Of a DNA stretch of 39,307 bases, positions 1-11,547 are shown piece by piece; position 1 is the first letter of the stretch; each line of letters begins with the position of its first letter. The DNA lies in assembly GCA_002269645.1 (NCBI GenBank), contig NIVC01004652.1:1-39307 (forward strand). The letters are read 5' to 3'. The notes below the pieces were generated by a model. The model had not been told where the DNA came from, ran no database searches, and saw nothing but the letters and a program-made list of their open reading frames with translations. The DNA comes from Macrostomum lignano. Taxonomy: Eukaryota. The position numbers and the translations under genes were made by a program.

Positions 1-92
1 CGCAGGCCAGTCGAATCTTCCACAGCTGACGGCGCACACATTGGCCGCACGATGGCGAAGAAGCGCTCGAGAGTGATGATCTGCAGGTTGAA
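1..92 (-). CDS. Class A GPCR, exon 2 (partial, continues beyond the window)
   Basis: Acceptor GCCCGCAG| at 93-94, phase 0, reads FNLQIITLERFFAIVRPMC. This is the end of TM3 with an E-R-F variant of the DRY motif and joins exon 1 as NASTFNLQIITLERF. Confidence 0.82.
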
Positions 93-144
93 CTGCGGGC
101 AGAGCGAGGTGATCGTTGGAAATCGAGTCTTCCACTGAAAGATT

Positions 145-2169
145 TCTCTTGGTGGGCTCCCCCTGTCTCTTGGTGGGCTCCCCTGTCTCTTGGTGGGCTC
201 CCCCTGTCTCTTGGTGGGTGCCCCCTGTCTCTTGGTGGGTGACCCCTGTCTCTTGGTGGCTCCCCCTGTCTCTTGGTGGGCTCCCCCTGTCTCTTGGTGG
301 GCTCCCCCTGTCTCTTGGTGGGCTCCCCCTGTCTCTTGGTGGGCTCCCCTGTCTCTTGGTGGGCTCCCCCTGTCTCTTGGTGGGCTCCCCCTGTCTCTTA
401 ATGAGTGCCAACTGTCTCTTGGTGGGCTCCCCCTGTCTCTTGGTGGGCTCCCCCTGTCTCTTGATGAGTGCCAACTGTCTCTTGGTGGGCTCCCCCTGTC
501 TTTTGGTGGGCTCCCCCTGTCTCTTGGTGGGTGCCCCTGTCTCTTGGTGGGTGTCCCCTGTCTCTTGGTGGGCTCCCCCTGTCTCTTGGTGGGTGCCCCC
601 TGTCTCTTGGTGGGCTCCCTCTGTCTCTTGGTGGGCTCCCCCTGTCTCTTGGTGGGTGCCCCCTGTCTCTTGGTGGGCTCCCCCTGTCTCTTGGTGGGCT
701 CCCCCTGTCTCTTGGTGGGCTCCCCTGTCTCTTGGGGGCCCCCTCTCTTGTGGGGGCCCTCTCTTGGTGGGTGCCCCCTGTCTCTTGGTGGGTGGCCCCT
801 GTCTCTTGGTGGGCTCCCCCTGTCTCTTGGTGGGCTCCCCTGTCTCTTGGTGGGCTCCCCCTGTCTCTTGGTGGGTGCCCCTGTCTATTGGTGGGTGCCC
901 CCTGTCTCTTGGTGGGTGCCCCTGTCTCTTGGTGGGAACCCTTGTCTATTGGTGGGTGCCCCTGTCTCTTGGTGGGTGCCCCTGTCTATTGGTGGGTGGC
1001 CCCTGTCTCTTGTGGGTGGCCACTGTCTCTTGTGGGTGCCCCCTGTCTCTTGGTGGGCTCCCCCTGTCTCTTGGTGGGTGCCCCCTGTCTCTTGGTGGGC
1101 TCCCCCTGTCTCTTGGTGGGTGGCCCCTGTCTCTTGGTGGGCTCCCCCTGTCTCTTGGTGGGTGGCCCCTGTCTCTTGGTGGGCTCCGTCTCTTGGTGGG
1201 CTTTGTCTTGGTGGGTGGCCCCTGTCTCTTGGTGGGCTCCCCCTGTCTATTGGTGGGTGCCCCTGTCTCTTGGTGGGTGGCCCCTGTCTTTTGGTGGGTG
1301 CCCCCTGTCTATTGGTGGGTGGCCCTGTCTCTTGGTGGGTGGCCACTGTCTCTTGGTGGGTGCCCCTGTCTATTGGTGGGTGCCCCCTGTCTCTTGGTGG
1401 GTGCCCCTGTCTCTTGGTGGGTACCCCCTGTCTCTTGGTGGGTGCCCCCTGTCTATTGGTGGGTGGCCCCTGTCTGGTGGTGTGTCTCTTGGTGGGTGCC
1501 CCCTGTCTCTTGGTGGGCTCCCCCTGTCTCTTGGTGGGCTCCCCCTGTCTCTTGGTGGGCTCCCCCTGTCTCTTGGTGGGTGGCCCCTGTCTATTGGTGG
1601 GTGGCCCCTGTCTCTTGGTGGGTGCCCCCTGTCTCTTGGTAGGTGGCCCCTGTCTCTTGTGGGTGCCCCTGTCTCTTGGTGGTGGCCTCTGTCTCTTGGT
1701 GGGCTCCCCCTGTCTCTTGGTGGGTGCCCCTGTCTATTGGTGGGTGCCCCCTGTCTCTTGGTAGGTGCCCCTGTCTATTGGTGGGCTCCCCCTGTCTCTT
1801 GGTGGGTGCCCCTGTCTCTTGGTGGGTGCCCCCTGTCTCTTGGTGGGCTCCCCCTGTCTCTTGTGTGGTGCCCCCTGTCTCTTGGTGGGTGCCCCCTGTC
1901 TCTTGGTGGGCTCCCCCTGTCTCTTGGTGGGCTCCCCCTGTCTCTTGGTGGGCTCCCCTGTCTCTTGGTGGGTGGCCCCTGTCTATTGGTGGGCTCCCCC
2001 TGTCTCTTGGTGGGTGGCCCCTGTCTCTTGGTGGGTGCCCCCTGTCTCTTGGTGGGTGCCCCTGTCTCTTGGTGGGTGCCCCCTGTCTCTTGGTGGGTGC
2101 CCCCTGTCTCTTGGTAGGTGCCCCTGTCTCTTGGTGGGTGCCCTGTCTATTGGTGCTCCCCTGTCTCTT
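145..2169. repeat. 20-21-bp minisatellite (TCTCTTGGTGGGCTCCCCCTG and variants), about 95-100 copies, filling the GPCR intron
   Basis: Direct reading. The 7-aa periodic ORFs (PLSLGGL/PCLLVGS/PVSWWAP) reflect the 21-bp unit. Confidence 0.97.
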
Positions 2170-2615
2170 ATCGTATCATTTCCTAGGAGCGTATTTTCTC
2201 TGTTTTCGCGCGGTGGTGGCCCCTAATTGGGCCGTTTTATCTTGTGCGTGTTGTGCGTACGATCTACATGCACAGGGGGAGGTCCACAGTTTCGTTAATT
2301 TTCAATGTAGCCTGATCCTCATCGCGGTTTACTCTCTCCTCTGACTTTTATACGACAGTTCAAACATCATTTTCCGCCATTTGCTAAGGTAGCTTCATGT
2401 GTTAGTTTTTCATATTTGTCCTACTAAGCAATCGGTCAGGGACAGGGCAATTGTCATTAGATTCACACAGATGAAGCACAGCCACCACCCCAGGCAAATT
2501 CTGTGTACACAACTAAAAACGAATGAGTCAGGCCGTCCCTGTACACCCTGAGTGACCGGACTTCAGGCAGTCTCTCTGTTCCGTACGCAGCAACAGCATA
2601 TGAGTGAAGTCTCAC

Positions 2616-2970
2616 CGTGCTGGCATTGACCAGAATCCAGACGGCGCTCTGGCTGAACCACAAGTGACAGGCGATGCTACCCAACAGGTTCTCAGGCACC
2701 CTGCTGGGCAGGTGCACGGTGGACCACTTGACGGTGGTCACGGCGCAGGTGGCCAAGTCGATGACCGACTGGTTGATGACCAGCAGGCGCGGGTTGCGGC
2801 TCATGTGCATGTGGCGCCTGCACAGCAGCCAGATCACCACGGCGTTCAGAGCGATGCCAGCGATGGCGAAGCCCAGGTAGATGTAGGGCGCCGTCGCTTA
2901 GCCAAGTGCTGTTGGCGTGGGTCTCCGAGTACTCTTTGATGCAGACCTCAGCCTCCGAATCGTTGCTCAT
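2616..2970 (-). CDS. Class A (rhodopsin-like) GPCR, exon 1 (N-terminus, TM1-TM3 start), with an apparent 1-nt frameshift at about 2898; possibly a pseudogene or an assembly indel
   Basis: ATG at 2970 gives MSNDSEAEVCIKEYSETHANSTWL (two N-glycosylation sequons). After removing one A at 2898-2899 the frame continues ATAPYIYLGFAIAGIALNAVVIWLL (TM1), RLLVINQSVIDLATCAV (TM2) and ACHLWFSQSAVWILVNAST. Donor ACG|GTGAGA lies at 2616/2615 (phase 0). Confidence 0.8.
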
Positions 2971-3026
2971 GCTTCTCGGCTTCTGAAGGCAAAGCGAAAA
3001 ACTCTTAATTAAATTAAGATTCTTAA

Positions 3027-3736
3027 GTCCGAAACCCGTGTCCGAAACCCGTGTCCGAAACTCGTATCCGAAACCCGTGTCCGAAACCCGTGTCCGAAAC
3101 TCGTATCCGAAACCCGTGTCCGAAACCCGTGTCTGAAACCCTGCCTGAAACCTGTGTCCGAAACCCGTGCCTGAAACCATGCCTGAAACCCGTGTCCGAA
3201 ACCCGTGTCCGAAATCCATGTCCGAAACGCATTCCCGCAATCCACTCCCGAAACATGTGTCCGAAATCCATGTCCGAAACGCATTCCCGAAATCCACTCC
3301 CGAAACCCGTGTCCGAAATCCGTGTCTTAAACCCGTGCCTGAAACCCGTGCCTGAAACCCGTGCCTGAAACCCGTGTCCGAAATCCGTGTCTTAAACCCG
3401 TGCCTGAAACCCGTGCCTGAAACCCGTGCCTGAAACCCGTGTCCGAAATACGTGTCTTAAACCCGTGCCTGAAACCCGTGTCCGAAATACGTGCCTGAAA
3501 CCCGTGTCCGAAACCCGTGCCTGAAACCCGTGTCTGAAACCCGTGCCTGAAACCCGTGCCTGAAACCCGTGCCTGAAACCCGTGTCCGAAATACGTGTCT
3601 TAAACCCGTGCCTGAAACCCGTGCCTGAAACCCGTGTCCGAAACCCGTGCCTGAAACCCGTGCCTGAAACCCGTGTCCGAAACCCGCGCCTGAAACCCGT
3701 GTCCGAAACCCGTGTCCGAAACCCGTGTCCGAAACC
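3027..3736. repeat. 13-bp minisatellite (CCGAAACCCGTGT / CTGAAACCCGTGC), about 54 copies
   Basis: Direct reading. It starts about 60 bp upstream of the GPCR ATG. Confidence 0.95.
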
Positions 3737-4659
3737 GTCGATAATGGAATATTAAAAAGTCCTAAAACAAGAATGTTAGCATTTTTCTGGACTATTTGTA
3801 TACAGAGTGTGAAATTAAAAGCAATTGACTTACCGTCAGTTATTAGTAAAATATTTTATCAAATTAATTTCTTGATAACAGTGTTCCCAAATCCCACGCT
3901 GGACTCAGAGCTTCAGAGCTTTATACTTGCAGAGTCACCCTTCATTCGCTGATATCCTTGCCTGCCAATCATTGGCTGGTTAACTCAGTTCATTGACGAG
4001 TCCTGAGTCTCCCTTTGGATATTGGCTGAGTCAGCTAAATAGATCCGAAACGCCTAACAAGACTGGACAGGTACTGAATCCTAAAACTGTATTTATTAGC
4101 ACTGAAAATTCTTTCAGTATCTAGCAGCTGAAGTGAGTTTACGGTAGATGCACAGCATGCAGTCTTCCTAAATGAAAGCTGTACTTACTGCGTCGAAAGT
4201 ACAATTTTATTAAATATCTGAGTTGACTAAAAATAAAAAAATAATTTTAAAAATTGTGAAGCCCGGAACTGCGTTACTAATAAATTTCAATTGATCAATT
4301 CGTAAAAATTTAATAATTATAATTGAAGTTGAATTTTTGTAAAGAATGAAAATGACGATTTTATTATCTAGAACAGGATATGCTGAGAAACATCTATAAT
4401 AATGATTGGCCCTCAAATTCTTCAACACGTCATCGGTAGAGACAGAAGTGGTCCGGCCGAGTGTACGAGCGTATCTCAAAATTAATGAGCACTTCCGGTG
4501 CCTTCCTCTTATCCCTACTTGCTGACTGAAGCAGTAAGACGCAGCTCTCGTAAGTCCCGAAAGTACACATTCCGGAGATGCTGGACGGTCTCTGGTACTG
4601 CATCACTTCTGAGGAAAAAAGCTGAGCACAGAACACACACACATGTTTTCGGTCTGCCA

Positions 4660-4964
4660 ATAATAATAACAATAATTGACTACACCTGCCCTAATGGCCA
4701 GTTGTGCAACCGACAGCTCAGCCGCAGCTATTGCGCGGCGTATCTGAAGGCTGTGTACGGCTTTCAGTCCAAGGACTTGGTGGTCGCCACACACACCCTC
4801 AATTACCCCAGCTAATGCTGGCACCCATTTTACAGCTGGGTGAACTGAAGCAATGCAGAGTTAAGTGTCTTGCTCAAGGACACAAATTGTTCCTGTGGGA
4901 TCGAGAATCGAACCCCGACCTTCAAGTCGTGAGTTCGACGCTGTATCCACTAGGCTACAACCCC
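4660..4964 (-). mobile_element. tRNA-derived CORE-SINE (MIR-like), copy 1, full length
   Basis: Minus strand has an A box TAGCCTAGTGG and a B box GGTTCGATTCT. These are followed by GTGTCCTTGAGCAAGACACTTAAC...CTTCAGTTCACCCAGCTGTAAAATGGG, which resembles the MIR/CORE domain, then a 3' body and an AT-rich tail. Near-identical copies are at about 15.15 and 24.5 kb. Confidence 0.88.
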
Positions 4965-5090
4965 TCTCGGTCAGCCAGAAATCCAGTAGTTCAGCATTTA
5001 ACGTAAAACTTGTACCGAACTTACAACTTTAGTTCGTTCAATGCTCTAAGATTTGTCAGCGAAACTGTTCTCGAAACATTGTGTCTCGAA

Positions 5091-5250
5091 GCTATGGGCG
5101 AGTTGCTATGGGCGAGTTGCTATGGGCGAGTTGCTATGGGCGAGTTGCTATGGGCGAGTTGCTATGGGCGAGTTGCTATGGGCGAGTTGCTATGGGCGAG
5201 TTGCTATGGGCGAGTTGCTATGGGCGAGTTGCTATGGGCGAGTTGCTATG
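5091..5250. repeat. 14-bp minisatellite (GCTATGGGCGAGTT), about 11 copies
   Basis: Direct reading. It overlaps the predicted stop of the tetraspan gene. Confidence 0.95.
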
Positions 5251-5716
5251 CAGCGCATCGGATAGCAGTGAGCGCTCTCCACCACCTGGGCAGCATCCGT
5301 ATCGGCAGTCGATCGAGCGTCCAGCTGCCGCTCCGCCAGCAGCCAGGCTCGAGGAATCTCGCACAGCAAGCCGGCCAGATGGCCGAAAACGGCAGCAACG
5401 AGCAGCCAGAAAGCCGTTCCGCGCTCCGCCCAGATCGACTCGCCCTCGGCCGGGCCCGATGGCGCCATCAGACCTTCGACTGCTGCCGCTAGGCGGCGGG
5501 GCTCCGCTGACAGTTGCTTGGCGCCGACTTCGCCGCAAGCCAGACAGGCGATCTGCGCCGTCAGTGCGCCGGCCAGCAGGCCGACATCGGCGGCAATTGC
5601 GACAGTCATTGCGGAGTCCGGAAAGGCCGCAACGGCGGCGTGGAAGGCCAGGCTGCCAACTGAGGCGGCGAGACCGCCCGACAGGAACACAGCAGCTGAG
5701 CGCCAGTTCGAGTTGC
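5232..5716 (-). CDS. Claudin/PMP22-like four-transmembrane protein, last coding exon (TM2-TM4)
   Basis: Acceptor CTAAC...TTGAAAACATTCAG| at 5717-5718 (phase 1) matches the phase-1 donor at 10789. Three hydrophobic helices follow, including GTAFWLLVAAVFGHLAGLL, which resembles the claudin-superfamily TM4. The exon is GC-rich. The family assignment is by topology only. Confidence 0.6.
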
Positions 5717-6017
5717 CTGAATGTTTTCAACAGTTAGCCGAGTGTGAACTGGTTGCTAGGGCTTGAGTTGCCTGAATGTTTTCAACAGTTAGCCGAGTGT
5801 GAACTGGTTGCTAGGGCTTGAGTTGCCTGAATGTTTTCAACAGTTAGCCGAGTGTGAACTGGTTGCTAGGGCTTGAGTTGCCTGAATGTTTTCAACAGTT
5901 AGCCGAGTGTGAACTGGTTGCTAGGGCTTGAGTTGCCTGAATGTTTTCAACAGTTAGCCGAGTGTGAACTGGTTGCTAGGGCTTGAGTTGCCTGAATGTT
6001 TTCAACAGTTAGCCGAG
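5711..6017. repeat. 55-bp tandem repeat, about 5.6 identical copies, each containing the branchpoint and 3' splice site of the tetraspan gene
   Basis: The unit recurs at 5711, 5766, 5821, 5876, 5931 and 5986. The minus strand reads GGCTAACTGTTGAAAACATTCAG|GCAACT in each copy. Confidence 0.95.
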
Positions 6018-6459
6018 ACCCTCGCTAATGTGACTCGAACTCAGGGACTTGGGGGTTGGGAAGACTTCGTTCGCTGCCCGGTGAAGCTTGCCAATATTCA
6101 TGCGGACATCTCCGGTTTCTCTATCATTATGGGCGATGAAATATTTCATTTTTTTCAATTCCTGAAATCGTCTTGAAGACACGCAAATTTTTTAAATAGA
6201 TTTCCGAATAATGCGCCAAAGATCTTGAAAACCTTATCCTTAAGTATAATCTTTTTGATTAATCCACTTCCTAAACCGTCTGATAATCCGACATTTTTTC
6301 TAATCCAAAATTTCCTGTCAGAATCGAAGAATCACGATCTGATTTTAGTACGGTATGAGAGGCCCGATGCGTTCTGTAGTGATCGCACAGCAATTCGGCT
6401 TTTAAAAGTTAAAAAATAATAAAAAAATAAAGGCAAAACGAAACAGCAGCGAACCAATG

Positions 6460-9400
6460 CAACACAAACAAGACACAAGGATCAGGCACAATGCAACACA
6501 CACAAGTCACAAGGATCAGGCACAATGCAACACACAGAAGACACAAGGATAAGGCACAATGCAACACAACAAGACACAAGGATCAGGCACAATGCAACAC
6601 ACACAAGACACAAGGATAAGGCACAATGCAACACACACAAGACACAAGGATCAGGCACAATGCAACACACACAAGACACAAGGATCAGGCACAATGCAAC
6701 ACACAGAAGACACAAGGATCAGGCACAATGCAACACACACAAGACACAAGGATCAGGCACAATGCAACACACAGAAGACACAAGGATCAGGCACAATGCA
6801 ACACACAGAAGACACAAGGATAAGGCACAATGCAACACAACAAGACACAAGGATCAGGCACAATGCAACACACACAAGACACAAGGATAAGGCACAATGC
6901 AACACACACAAGACACAAGGATCAGGCACAATGCAACACACACAAGACACAAGGATCAGGCACAATGCAACACACAGAAGACACAAGGATCAGGCACAAT
7001 GCAACACACACAAGACACAAGGATCAGGCACAATGCAACACACAGAAGACACAAGGATCAGGCACAATGCAACACACAGAAGACACAAGGATCAGGCACA
7101 ATGCAACACACACAAGACACAAGGATCAGGCACAATGCAACACACACAAGTCACAAGGATCAGGCACAATGCAACACGTACAAGACACAAGGATCAGGCA
7201 CAATGCAACACGTACAAGACACAAGGATCAGGCACAATGCAACACACAGAAGACACAAGGATCAGGCACAATGCAACACACACAAGACACAAGGATCAGG
7301 CACAATGCAACACACACAAGTCACAAGGATCAGGCACAATGCAACACGTACAAGACACAAGGATCAGGCACAATGCAACACGTACAAGACACAAGGATCA
7401 GGCACAATGCAACACACAGAAGACACAAGGATCAGGCACAATGCAACACACACAAGACACAAGGATCAGGCACAATGCAACACACACAAGTCACAAGGAT
7501 CAGGCACAATGCAACACGTACAAGACACAAGGATCAGGCACAATGCAACACACAGAAGACACAAGGATCAGGCACAATGCAACACACACAAGACACAAGG
7601 ATCAGGCACAATGCAACACACACAAGTCACAAGGATCAGGCACAATGCAACACACACAAGACACAAGGATCAGGCACAATGCAACACACACAAGACACAA
7701 GGATCAGGCACAATGCAACACACACAAGTCACAAGGATCAGGCACAATGCAACACACACAAGACACAAGGATCAGGCACAATGCAACACACAGAAGACAC
7801 AAGGATCAGGCACAATGCAACACGTACAAGACACAAGGATCAGGCACAATGCAACACACACAAGACACAAGGATCAGGCACAATGCAACACACACAAGAC
7901 ACAAGGATCAGGCACAATGCAACACACAGAAGACACAAGGATCAGGCACAATGCAACACGTACAAGACACAAGGATCAGGCACAATGCAACACACAGAAG
8001 ACACAAGGATCAGGCACAATGCAACACACAGAAGACACAAGGATCAGGCACAATGCAACACACACAAGACACAAGGATCAGGCACAATGCAACACACACA
8101 AGTCACAAGGATCAGGCACAATGCAACACACACAAGACACAAGGATCAGGCACAATGCAACACACAGAAGACACAAGGATCAGGCACAATGCAACACGTA
8201 CAAGACACAAGGATCAGGCACAATGCAACACACACAAGACACAAGGATCAGGCACAATGCAACACACACAAGACACAAGGATCAGGCACAATGCAACACG
8301 TACAAGACACAAGGATCAGGCACAATGCAACACACACAAGACACAAGGATCAGGCACAATGCAACACACAGAAGACACAAGGATCAGGCACAATGCAACA
8401 CGTACAAGACACAAGGATCAGGCACAATGCAACACACACAAGACACAAGGATCAGGCACAATGCAACACACAGAAGACACAAGGATCAGGCACAATGCAA
8501 CACGTACAAGACACAAGGATCAGGCACAATGCAACACACAGAAGACACAAGGATCAGGCACAATGCAACACGTACAAGACACAAGGATCAGGCACAATGC
8601 AACACACACAAGACACAAGGATCAGGCACAATGCAACACACACAAGACACAAGGATCAGGCACAATGCAACACACAAGACACAAGGATCAGGCACAATGC
8701 AACACACACAAGACACAAGGATCAGGCACAATGCAACACAAACAAGACACAAGGATCAGGCACAATGCAACACACACAAGACACAAGGATCAGGCACAAT
8801 GCAACACAAACAAGACACAAGGATCAGGCACAATGCAACACACAGAAGACACAAGGATCAGGCACAATGCAACACACACAAGACACAAGGATCAGGCACA
8901 ATGCAACACAAACAAGACACAAGGATCAGGCACAATGCAACACACAGAAGACACAAGGATCAGGCACAATGCAACACACACAAGACACAAGGATCAGGCA
9001 CAATGCAACACACAGAAGACACAAGGATCAGGCACAATGCAACACACACAAGACACAAGGATCAGGCACAATGCAACACACACAAGACACAAGGATCAGG
9101 CACAATGCAACACACACAAGACACAAGGATCAGGCACAATGCAACACACACAAGACACAAGGATCAGGCACAATGCAACACGTACAAGACACAAGGATCA
9201 GGCACAATGCAATACACGTAAAACACAAGGATCAGGCACAGTGCAACACGTACAAGACACAAGGATCAGGCACAATGCAACACACACAAGACACAAGGAT
9301 CAGGCACAATGCAACACGTACAAGACACAAGGATCAGGCACAATGCAACACACAGAAGACACAAGGATCAGGCACAATGCAACACACACAAGACACAAGG

Positions 9401-10772
9401 ATCAGGCACAATGCAACACACACAAGACACAAGGATCAGGCACAATGCAACACACACAAGACACAAGGATCAGGCACAATGCAACACAAACAAGACACAA
9501 GGATCAGGCACAATGCAACACACACAAGACACAAGGATCAGGCACAATGCAACACGTACAAGACACAAGGATCAGGCACAATGCAATACACGTAAAACAC
9601 AAGGATCAGGCACAATGCAACACGTACAAGACACAAGGATCAGGCACAATGCAACACACACAAGACACAAGGATCAGGCACAATGCAACACACACAAGAC
9701 ACAAGGATCAGGCACAATGCAACACACACAAGTCACAAGGATCAGGCACAATGCAACACACAGAAGACACAAGGATCAGGCACAATGCAACACACACAAG
9801 ACACAAGGATCAGGCACAATGCAACACAACAAGACACAAGGATCAGGCACAATGCAACACACACAAGACACAAGGATCAGGCACAATGCAACACACACAA
9901 GACACAAGGATCAGGCACAATGCAACACACACAAGACACAAGGATCAGGCACAATGCAACACACACAAGACACAAGGATCAGGCACAATGCAACACACAA
10001 GACACAAGGATCAGGCACAATGCAACACACACAAGACACAAGGATCAGGCACAATGCAACACACACAAGACACAAGGATCAGGCACAATGCAACACACAA
10101 GTCACAAGGATCAGGCACAATGCAACACGTACAAGACACAAGGATCAGGCACAATGCAACACACACAAGACACAAGGATCAGGCACAATGCAACACACAC
10201 AAGACACAAGGATCAGGCACAATGCAACACACACAAGACACAAGGATCAGGCACAATGCAACACACACAAGACACAAGGATCAGGCACAATGCAACACGT
10301 ACAAGACACAAGGATCAGGCACAATGCAACACACACAAGTCACAAGGATCAGGCACAATGCAACACACACAAGACACAAGGATCAGGCACAATGCAACAC
10401 ACAAGTCACAAGGATCAGGCACAATGCAACACACAGAAGACACAAGGATCAGGCACAATGCAACACACACAAGACACAAGGATCAGGCACAATGCAACAC
10501 GTACAAGACACAAGGATCAGGCACAATGCAACACACACAAGACACAAGGATCAGGCACAATGCAACACACACAAGACACAAGGATCAGGCACAATGCAAC
10601 ACACACAAGACACAAGGATCAGGCACAATGCAACACACACAAGTCACAAGGATCAGGCACAATGCAACACACATAAGACACAAGGATCAGGCACAATGCA
10701 ACACACATAAGACACAAGGATCAGGCACAATGCAACACACACAAGACACAAGGATCAGGCACAATGCAACAC
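6460..10772. repeat. 34-bp minisatellite (ACACAAGGATCAGGCACAATGCAACACACACAAG), about 127 copies, intronic
   Basis: Direct reading. The consensus has no plus-strand stop in any frame, which produces the spurious 455-1383 aa ORFs. Confidence 0.98.
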
Positions 10773-10789
10773 ATTACCACTGCACTCAC

Positions 10790-11041
10790 TAAGCACAATG
10801 TCACTGCCTGGCATCCAGAGCTCCGCGCCATCGGAAAGTGTCAACCGGAGAAGGCCAATCTGCCAGCTGGCCGACCGGACATTGGAGTCCCGTTGGGTCC
10901 AGCTGATCCGCAGGCTACAGAATGTGTCCGTGGCTGCTGCACCAATTAGCGAACAGACGCCAACAAAGCTAGCAATGGCTCCAGCCAGGTACAGCCTCCA
11001 TGTGATGATGGCTAAGGACATGACATTGGCAAGGGGCTCCT
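10790..11041 (-). CDS. Claudin/PMP22-like protein, first identifiable coding exon (ATG 11021; TM1 and first extracellular loop)
   Basis: Acceptor TATTTTGCAG| at 11042-11043 and donor CTTA|GTGAGT at 10790/10789 define a 252-bp symmetric phase-1 exon. It encodes RLYLAGAIASFVGVCSLIGAAATDTF (TM1) and SWQIGLLR, reminiscent of the claudin W..GLW motif. Confidence 0.6.
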
Positions 11042-11547
11042 CTGCAAAATATTCGATAGAAATAGGGACTGAGAGCCATTTTAACAGGTAGACATCTTAC
11101 TAACAACAATCTGGACAATTAATTTTATCAACTGCTGTTTACGTTCGAAACAGAAAATTAGCAGAAATAAGCGAGGGGTCAAAAAGTCCGTGAAAATTTT
11201 GATATACTTTTAGAAACTGCGGTCATTTGCAAAAGATGCGTAAATTCTATTTCTACAAACTTCTTTTCTTGCTTGGCCATGTTAATCTGGCCATGTGTAC
11301 GCGCAAAAGTTCATCTCTGGGCGCGTTTTAGGTGAAGGAAGTACGTCGATGCGGCGAAGCTAGCCAATTTCCTAGAAACTCTGAAAATCCGACTGTGCGG
11401 TGGCAGTACAGGGCAAGCCCGCAGACAAACTTCCTCTAACGACTGTTCGCAATAAGTTTCTCTGCTTCATGAAAAATAGATTTTGTTTCTTCAGTAATCT
11501 TTACCAACTTACCATATATTCCATATCAGCTATGGCCCCTACCCACT

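Noticed and set aside
116-2344. Long ORFs of 500+ aa in three frames
   Set aside because: They are translations of the 21-bp intronic minisatellite and have no protein-like complexity.
4430-4615. Possible extra minus-strand exon after a TTTTCCTCAG acceptor
   Set aside because: There is no convincing in-phase donor upstream and no recognisable homology.
4900-4964. tRNA genes at the SINE heads (also 15143-15210)
   Set aside because: They continue into shared CORE and 3' bodies and do not form a clean cloverleaf, so they are SINE heads.
6525-10792. ORFs up to 1383 aa (MQHTQDTRIRHNAT...)
   Set aside because: The 34-bp unit lacks plus-strand stops in all frames. It is an intron of a minus-strand gene.
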